NCBI GenBank assembly: GCA_964609815.1
Contig: CAZSRV010000001.1
Coordinates: 12,868-59,642 of the forward strand
DNA from: an uncultured Candidatus Saccharibacteria bacterium
GTDB lineage: Bacteria; Patescibacteriota; Saccharimonadia; Saccharimonadales; 2-12-FULL-41-12
Length of the DNA stretch: 46,775 bases
Direction: 5' to 3'
Below are positions 8,867-20,999 of this stretch, piece after piece. A program made the translations under genes and the position numbers. The number at the start of each line of letters is the position of its first letter. Position 1 is the first letter of the stretch. The notes under the pieces were generated by a model that did no database searches, was not told where the DNA came from, and saw only the letters and a list, made by a program, of their open reading frames with translations.

Positions 8867-10399
8867 ATGCGATTAGATGTCGTTATAGAGTTTAATGAAG
8901 AGTCTTCTCGTGTGGTTGACTCATCTAGTGATGAAGATTTTTATTATAAAAATCCTTATGCTAGTATAAAATTGTCAAACCGCAAATTTTATCCTGGCAC
9001 CTTCTGCAATACCAAAAATCAAATAATAACTTTTGGTTACGGCAAAGAGGCAATTAGCCAAGATATATCAGAAGAATATTTGATATGTAGTTACGATCCA
9101 AGGATTAATAAAATTACAGTAAACCGTGATTTTCTTTGTACCTGGCCATTGTTTTATTATATGGATCAAAATTATTTTATATTATCTAGCTGTCTAAAAA
9201 GTCTCACAAGAACTCTAGAAACCAAAAAAGTAGAAGTATCTATAGATAAAACTGCGTTATTTGATTTACTGGTTAGTCCTAATATAGACGAAAGAACCTT
9301 GTTCAAGGATATAAAACTACTAAAATCGGACAGTCAGCTGATCTGGAGTAATGGCAAAATAAACAATAGTGTTCGCACATATTCCATAAATAAGCAAAAA
9401 GATAGCTCTAAGCCTAAAGATTTCAAAAAAGCTATTGAGCAAACAGTAGAAAATTATTTGCAAAGAGTTGACAGTCAGTCGGCAATAATAGCATTTGAGT
9501 GGAGCGGTGGTTTAGATTCATCTTTTGCTCCACTGTGGGTAAACATGACTCACAACATCAGCCCTAAACTAGCTTCTATAAAGTTTTTGGAAGGGTTTGG
9601 GAAAAGCCAATTAGAAAAATATAAGCCTATGCAAAATCGCACAGAGTCAACTCTCGTATCGGTAACTCCCAGCCCAGATACTCATTACCCCTTAGCAAGA
9701 TTTGCAAGTTTTGGAGATTATCAGCCTTTTTATCAATACCAAGAAATTTATACAGAATGCCTTGATGGACTGGCTAATAAACTAGCACAGGATAATGTAA
9801 ATATAATATTTACAGGAATAGGCGGTGATGAGCTGTTTGAAAATAACACCGAACCCGTAGAAGATAGCTTAATCAGAAGTGAATTCCAGTATATTAGTGA
9901 TAAATTGTGGGACAATAAGCCTAGTAGAAGTCAAGAAACAACTTCGCCAGTGGCTGATTCAGCCTTTTTTTCTAATCAATCGCGGAATTCTATCTATATA
10001 TCCAAGGGAATTTGGCCTGTTGCGCCTTTGGCAGACCCTAAGCTTTATAATTTTTGCCAAGAGCTACCAATTCTGGCTCGTACTAATAAAAATATATTGC
10101 GGATCTTGTATGAATCTTACAATTGGCCAAAAGAGATATATGATCCAGTACAAAACGAGCACTTCGGTCGGTTTTTTGATGATTCTATGAAAGTTGGTTA
10201 CAAAAATAGATTTCACAAGATAATAAATGACAACAGTTGGTTGGTCAAAAATAGTTATATACTCTTAAGCGAAGTGAAAGATTTATATAAAAAAGGACAA
10301 TACACGGAGTCATCCGGTACGGATATGTTTACTATCTTCCGTATAATCAGCGCTGAGATTATTATTTCTTCCGTATTAACCCAAACCTCATGCGAATAA
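8867..10399 (+). CDS. Asparagine-synthetase-like ATP-dependent amide-forming enzyme lacking the glutaminase nucleophile
   Basis: PP-loop FEWSGGLDSS and an AsnB-like N-domain segment VNRDFLCTWPLFYY. The protein starts MRLDV with no Cys2. At 510 aa it is similar in length to lasso cyclases, beta-lactam synthetase and CarA. Confidence 0.8.
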   Translation: MRLDVVIEFNEESSRVVDSSSDEDFYYKNPYASIKLSNRKFYPGTFCNTKNQIITFGYGKEAISQDISEEYLICSYDPRINKITVNRDFLCTWPLFYYMDQNYFILSSCLKSLTRTLETKKVEVSIDKTALFDLLVSPNIDERTLFKDIKLLKSDSQLIWSNGKINNSVRTYSINKQKDSSKPKDFKKAIEQTVENYLQRVDSQSAIIAFEWSGGLDSSFAPLWVNMTHNISPKLASIKFLEGFGKSQLEKYKPMQNRTESTLVSVTPSPDTHYPLARFASFGDYQPFYQYQEIYTECLDGLANKLAQDNVNIIFTGIGGDELFENNTEPVEDSLIRSEFQYISDKLWDNKPSRSQETTSPVADSAFFSNQSRNSIYISKGIWPVAPLADPKLYNFCQELPILARTNKNILRILYESYNWPKEIYDPVQNEHFGRFFDDSMKVGYKNRFHKIINDNSWLVKNSYILLSEVKDLYKKGQYTESSGTDMFTIFRIISAEIIISSVLTQTSCE

Positions 10400-10441
10400 T
10401 TCTTGTAAGTATTTCGGGCTGAGATGTATAGAACATAGCTA

Positions 10442-10471
10442 TTGCTTAATTGTTGCCATAAACGGTATAAT
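10442..10471 (+). promoter_or_regulatory. Putative promoter of the ATPase operon
   Basis: TTGCTT, an 18-nt spacer and TATAAT, about 30 nt upstream of the 273-aa gene. No terminator is seen between that gene and the b-like gene. Confidence 0.4.
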
Positions 10472-10502
10472 AATCATAAGATTATAAGAAGTTAACTTTA
10501 TT

Positions 10503-11324
10503 ATGTATAAAATAAAAAGGACATTATCGGGATTAATAGGGGTAGCTGTCTTGGTTGCTGCTTTTGGGGTGTTTGGAACGCTGGTTAATGCTCAGAGTGT
10601 TTTGCAAGGTTATTCATCAGAAGAAAAACTCCAAAAAGGTATGTTGGTAGCTCTAAAGGAGGGGGATGAAGGTAAAATAGTCGCCCTAACCAACGAAACT
10701 GCCAGTAGGTTTAAAGGCGTGATAGTTGATAAAAATGACTCGCCAGTAACTATTAGTAGCGAAGACCATCGGTTTTTTGTAGCTACTAGTGGTCCGTATG
10801 AGGTTTTAGTTAGTAATGAACGTGGTGCTATAACTAAGGGTGATTATATTTCGGTTTCTTCTAATCCTGGGATTGGTGCCAAAACGTCAGAAAACCAAGA
10901 ATTTGTGATCGGAATAGCTACTTCTGACTTTGGTGGTGGCGGTGAAGCTGTCAGCACTACCGAAGCAGGTGGTCGCAAGGCTAGTGTTGGACGTATAACA
11001 ATTGATGTAGCTTTTAGCAAAAACCCAAATATGAAAGCGCCAGAAAAGGACAAGATACCAGATGTAATTCAGAAGTTCAGTAACACCATTGCCGAAAAAC
11101 CAGTCAGTAACACTCGTATATATATCGCCTCGGCGGTGCTTTTGATTACAGCTTTTATAACAGGAACCATGCTTTATGGAGGTGTTAGAAACGCCATAAT
11201 CTCTATTGGTCGTAATCCACTGTCCAAGGGTAGGATTATCAAAGGCTTAATACAGGTTATAATTATGGCGCTTATTATTTTCATTGTGGGCGTATTTGGG
11301 GTATATTTAATAATAAAGCTTTAG
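10503..11324 (+). CDS. Secreted-domain membrane protein with a C-terminal c-subunit-like helical hairpin
   Basis: Signal peptide ending LVNA/QS, then a roughly 170-aa beta-rich domain. The hairpin has two TM helices joined by the loop RNAIISIGRNPLSKGRIIK. Neither TM helix contains Asp or Glu. Confidence 0.8.
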   Translation: MYKIKRTLSGLIGVAVLVAAFGVFGTLVNAQSVLQGYSSEEKLQKGMLVALKEGDEGKIVALTNETASRFKGVIVDKNDSPVTISSEDHRFFVATSGPYEVLVSNERGAITKGDYISVSSNPGIGAKTSENQEFVIGIATSDFGGGGEAVSTTEAGGRKASVGRITIDVAFSKNPNMKAPEKDKIPDVIQKFSNTIAEKPVSNTRIYIASAVLLITAFITGTMLYGGVRNAIISIGRNPLSKGRIIKGLIQVIIMALIIFIVGVFGVYLIIKL

Positions 11325-11352
11325 CAATATGAGGGGGCGGGAGTAACTAAAA

Positions 11353-11973
11353 ATGGATTCATGGCTGCAGACTGGTTTGGTGGTAATCTCACTTCTGGGT
11401 GCTACAGTGGCTTTTATTTGGCTGGCTACCCGTATGGGGGCCAAAAATCAGTCAGATAATCAAAATAATGATTTTGTGCGCATGGCTGAAAATGACATTG
11501 AGCACATTTTTAACGATGAGTTCCGCGAGGAGTTGCGTAATCGCGGCCGACTGCATTTTGAGAAAATCATTGGCGAAAACGCTATGTTCCTTCAGCAAGA
11601 TTTGCGTTTAACTACATCGCAAGTCAATGACTATATGAAATCCGAGATTACCAAGACCCTGCAAGAAGCTTTTTCTAAATATCAAGAATCAATCAATGAT
11701 GCTGAGCAGCTGGCTCTAGAAAGTATCCAAAAGACTCAAGAAACAGTTGAGAAACAGCGCGAGGTAATGAGCCGGCAACTAGAGGACGAAATTGCCAAAG
11801 AAAAGGCTCGTCTAACAGAGAGGTTTTCTAATCGTATGGCCGATATAGTTAACCATTATGTATTGGCGGCTATTGGCAACCAAATTAGCTTGGAAGATCA
11901 GCTGGAATTTATTATGGGTGAGCTAGAGCGTAATAAGCAGGCAATTGTTGAGGACATAAATCAGGGCGCCTAA
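11353..11973 (+). CDS. atpF: ATP synthase subunit b-like stator protein
   Basis: A single N-terminal TM helix followed by a long charged coiled-coil. It lies immediately upstream of the delta-like gene. Confidence 0.55.
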   Translation: MDSWLQTGLVVISLLGATVAFIWLATRMGAKNQSDNQNNDFVRMAENDIEHIFNDEFREELRNRGRLHFEKIIGENAMFLQQDLRLTTSQVNDYMKSEITKTLQEAFSKYQESINDAEQLALESIQKTQETVEKQREVMSRQLEDEIAKEKARLTERFSNRMADIVNHYVLAAIGNQISLEDQLEFIMGELERNKQAIVEDINQGA

Positions 11974-11989
11974 AGGATAATAAATAGAA

Positions 11990-12661
11990 ATGACCGAGCA
12001 CAAAAACCAAGATCAAGAAGTATTCAAACTACCACATAGGTTAGTGAGTTCTGTTGACCTAGCTAGAGTTACTCGCGAGCTAAAATTATTGGATGACTGG
12101 TTTAATCAAAACGAAATTCGTGACGCCGGTAAGCAAGCTAATCCCCCCAAGACCAGCACCACTTTAGAAGAATTGGCTAGTAGTAATGGCGTGTCGGTTT
12201 TGGATAAAAGTCAAAGATCACAGTTGATTGGTTTGTTGGATAATTTTATTGTTAATGCTCCCAAAATTCATATTGCTTTTGCCGTAGAGCCATCGGTGCG
12301 ATTTCTGAATGAAATGATTATTTGGCTCAGAAGCCATATTAATCCGGTTATATTGCTAGAAGTGGGTTTGCAGCCGGCACTAGCGGCTGGCTGCAGTGTA
12401 CGTACTACCAATAAATTATTTGATATGAGTTTACGTAACCATTTTCGGGATTCTAGACATTTACTTTATCAATCAATCAAAGAGTTTGGCCAGGATAAGT
12501 CTCCTGGTGGAGTCAGTGAAAGTCCTCAGGCTCAAACACCTATACCGACTAAAGAAGCTCCAAGCGAACCTGCTCAAACTGCTGCAGTACCTATGACTAG
12601 TCAAGTGCCAGCACCAACAGCAGCCCAGCCAGTAACTACAGAGGTAGTCGATGCAAAATAA
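11990..12661 (+). CDS. atpH: ATP synthase subunit delta (OSCP)-like with a Pro/Thr/Ala/Gln-rich C-terminal tail
   Basis: The C-terminal domain pattern [11 protein letters not shown]...[32 protein letters not shown] parallels the delta motif (v.l....d.sl.gG..v..gd...D.S.r..l). It sits between the b-like and alpha genes. Confidence 0.6.
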   Translation: MTEHKNQDQEVFKLPHRLVSSVDLARVTRELKLLDDWFNQNEIRDAGKQANPPKTSTTLEELASSNGVSVLDKSQRSQLIGLLDNFIVNAPKIHIAFAVEPSVRFLNEMIIWLRSHINPVILLEVGLQPALAAGCSVRTTNKLFDMSLRNHFRDSRHLLYQSIKEFGQDKSPGGVSESPQAQTPIPTKEAPSEPAQTAAVPMTSQVPAPTAAQPVTTEVVDAK

Positions 12662-14071
12662 TCACTTTGACAAGTTAGTTGGTAGTGGCGCGCCAGTTGG
12701 CGAGGTTGTCTCGGTTGACAAGTTTTTGGTAAACGTCAAAGGCCTGCACCCAGTAGCGGTTCATGCCCTAATAATGTTTGAAGATGGTAGTAAGGGCTTT
12801 GTTCAGGAAGTGACGCCACAATCAGTGGTTATATTGCATTTGGGCACTAAGACTTTGACTATTGGTATGATCGCAGTTGTTCAGCACCAGGAACTGGTTT
12901 GCAAAGTAGGTAAAGACTTTATCGGACGGGTTATATCGGTCAACGGTGAGCCTTTGGACGGCAAAGGTTCTATTGCTCCAGACGGAACTCGTAAAGTGTT
13001 CAGTACAGCCCCGCCACTTTATGAAAGAAAACTGCTAGAAGACCAGCTAGAATCAGGCGTTACAGCGGTAGATGCTATCTTTCCATTGGTGCGGGGCCAG
13101 CGTATTGCTCTACTGGGCGACGGTAAATCGGGCAAAAGTACACTGGCTACTCAGCTAACGATCAACCAAAAAAACACTGATCAAGTAGTGGTCTATTGTT
13201 TGATCGCCAAACGCAGGAGTGACGTTGATGATTTGCTTAGCAAACTCCAAGAAACAGACTCATTAAAATCAGCGATCGTGATGGTGTCTACAATGTTTGA
13301 ATCACTAGTTATGAGCTATTTGGCGCCATACGTAGCCTGTGCCATGGCCGAATATTTCTGGCAAGAATGCGACAATGACACCATTATTATTTACGACGAC
13401 CTAACATCTCACGCCCATGCTCTGAGGGAGATGGCCTTACTTATGGGAACTAGTCCTGGACGTGATAGTTATCCGGGTGATATGTTCTATGCGCATTCGT
13501 CCTTGCTAGAGCGCGCTGGTCGTTTGGATCGTAATAGCAAATGTCTGACATCTATCCCACTAGTGCATGCTGCTAATGGCGATATAACAGCTTATTTGCC
13601 AACCAATATTATGTCTATTACCGACGGGCAGTGGATTTTAGACATGGATTTGTTTAGGTCTGGGTTACGTCCGGCGCTTAATAGTGGACTGAGTGTTACT
13701 CGTATCGGAGGAGTCGGGCATAATAAACGTCAAAAGGCTCAGGCAGCAACTACCCTAAAGACGCTAGCAGCTTACCGCGAGGCCGAAGAATTTTCTCACT
13801 TTGGATCAGAACTAGCGCTAGAAGCCAAAGTGGCCCTAGAAAGGGGTAAAAACATCTTCAAAATCCTCAGCCAAGGGCCATCTGACACTTATTCGTTTAT
13901 GGAACAACAGTTAATGCTGGACATCGTCCTTAACACCGATCCAGAGATAAAGTTTGATGTAGACTCTCTAAAGGCTAATGTAAAGGAAATAGCTGCCAAA
14001 GTTACCAAAGATGAAGAATTTGACAAAGCTCGCGATGAATTGCTAGCCAAATGCAAAGTGGAGCTCAAAAA

Positions 14072-14075
<4 letters not shown>
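12651..14075 (+). CDS. atpA: ATP synthase subunit alpha (divergent, 474 aa)
   Basis: P-loop [43 protein letters not shown] and [14 protein letters not shown]. Confidence 0.9.
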
Positions 14076-16239
<2,164 letters not shown>

Positions 16240-16241
16240 CC

Positions 16242-16607
16242 ATGGCTGATGATGACAAAAAACCACCTGCCGAAGAACCAAAAGCTCCGCAGGCTGAAGA
16301 GCCAGCCAAAAAACTAACCAAAGAAGAAAAAAAGGCTCAGGCAGAGGAGTTCAAAAAAACTTCTACTGTTCGCCTAAAGGTTTATTCACCGTTTAGGGTA
16401 TATTATGATGATGATGCAGAGAGTGTCTCGGCCGAAAACGCCACCGGGCCGTTTGATATTTTGGCTCAGCACCGCAATTTTATCACACTACTTGTGCCTT
16501 GTGAGATTGATGTTAAATCATCCAAAACCGGCAATAAAAAGATCAAAATCAACCGTGGTGTGATGCATGTTAGACAAAACAAAGTCACCGTCTTTTTAGA
16601 CGTCTAG
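16242..16607 (+). CDS. atpC: ATP synthase subunit epsilon-like (beta-sandwich only, Lys/Glu/Pro/Ala-rich N-extension)
   Basis: It is the last gene of the operon. Residues from about 40 to 121 (VRLKVYSPF...GPFDILAQHRNFITLL...GVMHVRQNKVTVFLD) follow the epsilon N-domain pattern. There is no C-terminal helical hairpin. Confidence 0.65.
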   Translation: MADDDKKPPAEEPKAPQAEEPAKKLTKEEKKAQAEEFKKTSTVRLKVYSPFRVYYDDDAESVSAENATGPFDILAQHRNFITLLVPCEIDVKSSKTGNKKIKINRGVMHVRQNKVTVFLDV

Positions 16608-16646
16608 CCACGCACTCCAGCCTAGCACCTAGTGGGGGTCTGTGTG

Positions 16647-16676
16647 TTTTCACAGATTTTCACGAGTTTTCACGGA
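16647..16676. repeat. Three tandem 10-bp units TTTTCACNNN
   Basis: The units read TTTTCACAGA, TTTTCACGAG and TTTTCACGGA at exactly 10-bp spacing. A fourth copy, TTTTTCACGG, is at 16710-16719. Confidence 0.8.
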
Positions 16677-16694
16677 GCTTATGACCGGTGTTGT

Positions 16695-16805
16695 CTGGCC
16701 TGCATTCACTTTTTCACGGCACGGTCCTGGGCTCCAGATATGGCAAGCATTAATTATGCCATATCTGTTCGTGCGGAGGTGCCGAAAAAAATAAACGCAG
16801 GCCAG
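16695..16805. other. Nested-helix element between the convergent atpC gene and the 340-aa gene
   Basis: Three nested complementary pairs: CTGGCCTGC (16695-16703) with GCAGGCCAG (16797-16805), CGGCAC (16717-16722) with GTGCCG (16779-16784), and CAGATATGGCA (16735-16745) with TGCCATATCTG (16757-16767). Confidence 0.35.
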
Positions 16806-16829
16806 CTATAAGTCCATGCTAGTTAATAT

Positions 16830-17852
16830 TTAGTCAATCACTATGTAATCAAACGCGAAGCTTTGGCCGGCTGGGGCAGAGTTGCTGGTGCATAGGCTAA
16901 AGCCTGTACCAGAACGGTTGACGTAATAATTTATACCGCCAGCTGCTGCACCAATAGGCGCTATAGCAATGTGTGGCGAGTTAAATCTCTGAGTAAAGTT
17001 GATGTTTATAAAACAGCCAGGAGTAGTGCCACCACCGGTATTGATACTAATAGTCCCGGCTGTGTCGGTACCGCTAACAGAAGCCGTACCACCGCCACCT
17101 AGAGCGTTGCCAGAAGATCCGCCCGGTGTGCCGCCACCAGCGTCAATATGACGAGTTATTTGTAGGTCTTGGTTCACCACCAATGTTTCTATATTTAATC
17201 TAGATGAAGAGATAGTGCCGCCAACTGTTAAGTTGCCACTAATGCCTACGTTGTTTTGGACATTTAGCTGTCCGTCAATAGTGGTATTGCCGGCAATCTG
17301 CAAGCTGTTGGCAGTTATTTGGTCAAAAATACTCATACCGGCCACGCTAATACCCGGTAAATTAAGCGGTCCGCCAATTTTTAACTGACCAGCTACCTCC
17401 AAGCTGTCACGCACCAGTACTTTACCAGCAAAGACAGCGTTAGATTCTACGCTTAGGATTTGTTTGGGGTCGCCTACCTTTACGTCCGTTTGACGCAGTT
17501 TTTCTAGGTCTTCTTCACTCAGCGGCGTGGTACTGATGTTGGCTTGGTTTTTCTCGTCAGCTTTTTTGCTTTGTTGGTAGGCGATAAAAGTTACGACAAC
17601 TGCTACTACTATTATGAAAATAAAAATCAGTAGATAAATATTGAGCTTACCGGCTAGCCCTGGGGCGTTGGAACGCTTTTTCTTCTTAGCTTTTTTGTCG
17701 TCTTCTGGGGTTGGTTGTTCGGGGTTTTCGCTCTGAGTGGTGGTATCAATTACGCTACTATCACCAGAAGAAGCCTGAGAGTCCAAGCTTTCTAATTCCG
17801 TTGCTGATTCTAAACTATCTTCTGGTTTTTGTTGATTAGCTTCCATATCCAC
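16830..17852 (-). CDS. Membrane-anchored protein with a Gly/Asn/Thr-rich beta-helix-like repeat domain
   Basis: Acidic N-terminus, Lys-rich stretch and one TM helix (IYLLIFIFIIVVAVVVTFIAY). These are followed by repeats such as LEVAGQLKIGG, LQIAGNTTIDGQLNV and ISGNLTVGGTI. Confidence 0.7.
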   Translation of the reverse strand: MDMEANQQKPEDSLESATELESLDSQASSGDSSVIDTTTQSENPEQPTPEDDKKAKKKKRSNAPGLAGKLNIYLLIFIFIIVVAVVVTFIAYQQSKKADEKNQANISTTPLSEEDLEKLRQTDVKVGDPKQILSVESNAVFAGKVLVRDSLEVAGQLKIGGPLNLPGISVAGMSIFDQITANSLQIAGNTTIDGQLNVQNNVGISGNLTVGGTISSSRLNIETLVVNQDLQITRHIDAGGGTPGGSSGNALGGGGTASVSGTDTAGTISINTGGGTTPGCFININFTQRFNSPHIAIAPIGAAAGGINYYVNRSGTGFSLCTSNSAPAGQSFAFDYIVID

Positions 17853-18046
17853 CTAAACGACCACTTAGTCTTTATCTTAAGCATAAGTATAAATGTTATA
17901 GCCTGCCCGGTCAATGATCTAAGGCTCAGAATGAGGAGCATAGCTAGCGGGTATTGTTTTTTTTGATTTACACTGACATAATTATTAGCATAAGGATAAC
18001 TATATCCATAACCTGGATAAAACCAAGAATATACGAAAAGTGAGCT

Positions 18047-18745
18047 ATGAAATATAACAAGAACCTCAACTATAGGGATAGAAGGCGGTTACTTATTAAG
18101 TTGCGCATAATCTACTTTATAGTGGCTTTATTACTTGTAGCTGGAGCAATCATACTTTATTGGGTATATATTCGTGATGATGCGGTCAATGAAAAGACTA
18201 CTTCAGAGCAAACTACTAGTGTGGTAGCGCCTACTATTACTACTTTTAAAACACCATTTTTTCAGTTTCAGGCAGCTACATCATGGGTAGAAGCACCCAA
18301 AGAATCTACGGTTAATAAATTTGTTTACAGAAGCTATAACAAAACGTTGCTAGAGCACCAACTGACGGTTTATGTTAATCAAATACCAGATCCGATGGAG
18401 TTCAAAGCTACTAGAGTTCTGCCAGTAGATGTGGTGACCGATCCAGGCAGTAAGTCTTCGCGGTTTGTACTGTCAGATGTTAGCGAGCCATGTACGCCAG
18501 CACTGAAAAAAGACGTTATTCCGCCAGATGTCCAGGTTGTGAATTTTAAGGGAGTTACTTTTACTTGTTATGGCATGATCAACCAGTATAATGTGCTAAT
18601 CGGCAAACTAGGTGGCGAGACCAATATTACTATGACTCGGACTGATGGTAGCTCGGCTGTCTATACTATTCAGTACAAAGACCTAAGGGCTGTAAATAAT
18701 CCGACAGAAATCAATCAGATTGCTAACACATTCCAGAGCTTGTAG
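18047..18745 (+). CDS. Hypothetical N-terminally anchored extracytoplasmic protein
   Basis: 232-aa ORF with a basic N-terminus and one TM helix. No motif recognised. Confidence 0.65.
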   Translation: MKYNKNLNYRDRRRLLIKLRIIYFIVALLLVAGAIILYWVYIRDDAVNEKTTSEQTTSVVAPTITTFKTPFFQFQAATSWVEAPKESTVNKFVYRSYNKTLLEHQLTVYVNQIPDPMEFKATRVLPVDVVTDPGSKSSRFVLSDVSEPCTPALKKDVIPPDVQVVNFKGVTFTCYGMINQYNVLIGKLGGETNITMTRTDGSSAVYTIQYKDLRAVNNPTEINQIANTFQSL

Positions 18746-18795
18746 GGTAGTTATAAGCGGCCAGACGCTTATGCTATAATTTGTGTTAGACATAA

Positions 18796-19578
18796 ATGAA
18801 GACTATAAAAAAATCACTATTGTATGGATTAGTAGTTAGTTTGGGGTTCTTGGCAGCGCCAGTTTATGTATTGGCGCAGGCTTCATCCAATAACTATCGG
18901 CTAGAAGAATCATTCTTTGGTACTGGCGGTGAGGTAGACGCTAGCTCTAACAACTATCGGTCGCGCCAATCAGCCGGAGCTTTGGGTGTCGGTGATGTAT
19001 CCAGTACCAATTATGACGCTAGCCTTGGTAATATTACCCAAGACCAGCCGTTTTTAGAAATGGTGGTTACCGGTGGCCCTATAGATTTTGGTGATCTATC
19101 GTCTTCGTCTACATCTTATGGTTCACCAGTTGGCGGTGCTTGTAACTGCTCGTTTTATGTTCGCACTTATTATTCGTCGTCTTATGTGGTGCTCAGCGCC
19201 AATAACCAGCCGGCTACTAGCGAGGGCGGTGCGTACCTAGCGCCCAAGACAGTGCTGGGCCCACCATCTGGTAGCCAGAGCACCGAAGAGTTTGGCTATA
19301 ACCTAGTAGCCAACACATCACCAGGCAACTTTGGCGCTAACCCTACTAACCAGCCAGACAACAGCTTTGCTGACGGTGTAATAGCCAGTGGTTATGACAC
19401 ACCCAATGAGTTTAAGTTTGGTGCTGGCGAGACGCTAGTGCAGTCACCAGGGACTATAGGCAACCCAGCAATTGGTCAGACAGACTACACTATTAGCTAT
19501 ATAGCCAAAAAGAAGCCGACCACGCCAGCCGGTATGTATGTGTTCAACCACGACCTAGTGGCTGTAGCTACATATTAA
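18796..19578 (+). CDS. Secreted surface-locus protein, paralogue family member (260 aa)
   Basis: Sec signal peptide ending VLA/QA and three S-S-x-N-Y repeats (SSNNYR, SSNNYR, SSTNYD). The C-terminus is PAGMYVFNHDLVAVATY. Confidence 0.75.
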   Translation: MKTIKKSLLYGLVVSLGFLAAPVYVLAQASSNNYRLEESFFGTGGEVDASSNNYRSRQSAGALGVGDVSSTNYDASLGNITQDQPFLEMVVTGGPIDFGDLSSSSTSYGSPVGGACNCSFYVRTYYSSSYVVLSANNQPATSEGGAYLAPKTVLGPPSGSQSTEEFGYNLVANTSPGNFGANPTNQPDNSFADGVIASGYDTPNEFKFGAGETLVQSPGTIGNPAIGQTDYTISYIAKKKPTTPAGMYVFNHDLVAVATY

Positions 19579-19726
19579 GCTGAGTTTTGGCTGATTGTGT
19601 ATAGGTTTGTGTACATTTTGTGTAAAATCTGTGGATTTCTGTGGATAAAGTACTTGCATCAGTGTATAAGCTTATGCTATAAACAGAGGTATGTTATCAA
19701 ACATAAAAAATATTTAAAAAAATATA

Positions 19727-20999
19727 AAAGGAGAAAACAAATGCAACGTATGTTTTGTGTAGATGCTATGCGCTACAAGCTAAGACAATTGTCTACTTTA
19801 GCAATAACATCTACTTTAGTACTATCGGCTCTAGCCCCAGTCCTATTCTTTGGACAAGCTAGTGCTGCTCAGATAACTGAGCGAAAAATAACAATGAGCA
19901 CGTCACAAAGGGCGGCCACAGGAGTAAGTTATGCGGTATCGTTTAAGCCAGCGACATCCATAACAGCTACGGGTATGGTCGTAGAATTCTGTGCTAACAG
20001 TCCGCTTGTCGGTTCTAGCTGTACGGCACCAGCTAACGGAAACACTCTAGAAGGTTTTGTGGGAAATACTGGTTCAGTCAGTGGATCTTGGGTGATTGAC
20101 GGAACTTCTGATGCTAATACATTAATCCTAACCCACTCTGGTGCCACATTGACTGCTGGCAGTACATTTACTGTAACGGTATCTGGTGTAACTAACCCTA
20201 CCTATGACAGTGTGCAACCAGCTACTTTCTACGCCCGTATACTGACCTATACAGGTAGCCCAACTGGTTACACCTCAACATCACCCGGCTCTTACACTGA
20301 CCAAGGTGGTATAGCTCTAACAACTAACAACCAGCTACAAGTTGATGCTCGTGTCCAGGAAGAATTGGAATTCTGTGTTGGTACTGTAGATAACACAGTT
20401 ATATCTAACGCTACAACACCGGCTAACTGTTCAGCTGCTCCGTTCTCTAGTGCTACGCCTACAGTAGACATAGGTACTATTAGTTCTACAACTACATCAA
20501 TATCTCCAATAGCTGTATCTTCTGGCGGTAATAACATGAACGGTGCTGCCATGATCCGTACTAACGCCGTTAACGGTGCTACCATTACTTACTTCGCCGA
20601 GCAAGAAACTGGCTCTGGTCGTCTAAAGGTAGCTGGTGCTACATGTACTGGCTCATCAGGTTTTGATGCTGGATCTGGCGTAACTGATCAATGTTTTGGT
20701 AGTAGTTCTACTCAGGGTGACTTCTCTACAGCAGGTGAGAAGTTTGGTATGACATCTTCTGACGTTTTTAGGCCAACTGGTTCTACAACTACCAACCTAA
20801 CACGTGATGCTTCTTATGACGGTGACGGAACTGCTGCAAGTGGGTTTGCTTGGCAACAAGATGGCACTACGACCACTTTAGCTACATCTAGCACTGTTAT
20901 GGACTATGAGATGCTACTACTAAGGTTTGCAGCCCGAACATCTGCTACTACACCTACTGGTAGTTACTCTGTAACTAGTACATACGTAGCTACATCAAC
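19727..20999 (+). repeat. Copy 1 of a 1273-bp direct repeat
   Basis: It appears identical to 21872-23144. Spot checks at the start, middle and end matched, and the sense ORF and two antisense ORFs in different frames translate identically. Identity begins 14 nt before the ATG (AAAGGAGAAAACAA) and ends 5 nt before the stop codon. Confidence 0.9.

Noticed and set aside
8673-10399. Canonical lasso-peptide cluster.
   Set aside because: There is no B-type transglutaminase protease or PqqD-like RRE in the window, and no Thr at position -2. No N-terminal G/A/S/C can be joined to a D/E at core position 7-9. It is reported only as a non-canonical candidate.
19597-19740. 48-codon N-terminal extension of surface-protein copy 1 (MYRFVYILCKICGFLW...).
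   Set aside because: Copy 2 starts at the internal ATG, preceded by the same AGGAGA Shine-Dalgarno sequence. The extension is Cys/Lys/Tyr-rich AT-rich promoter DNA, and the signal peptide follows the internal Met.
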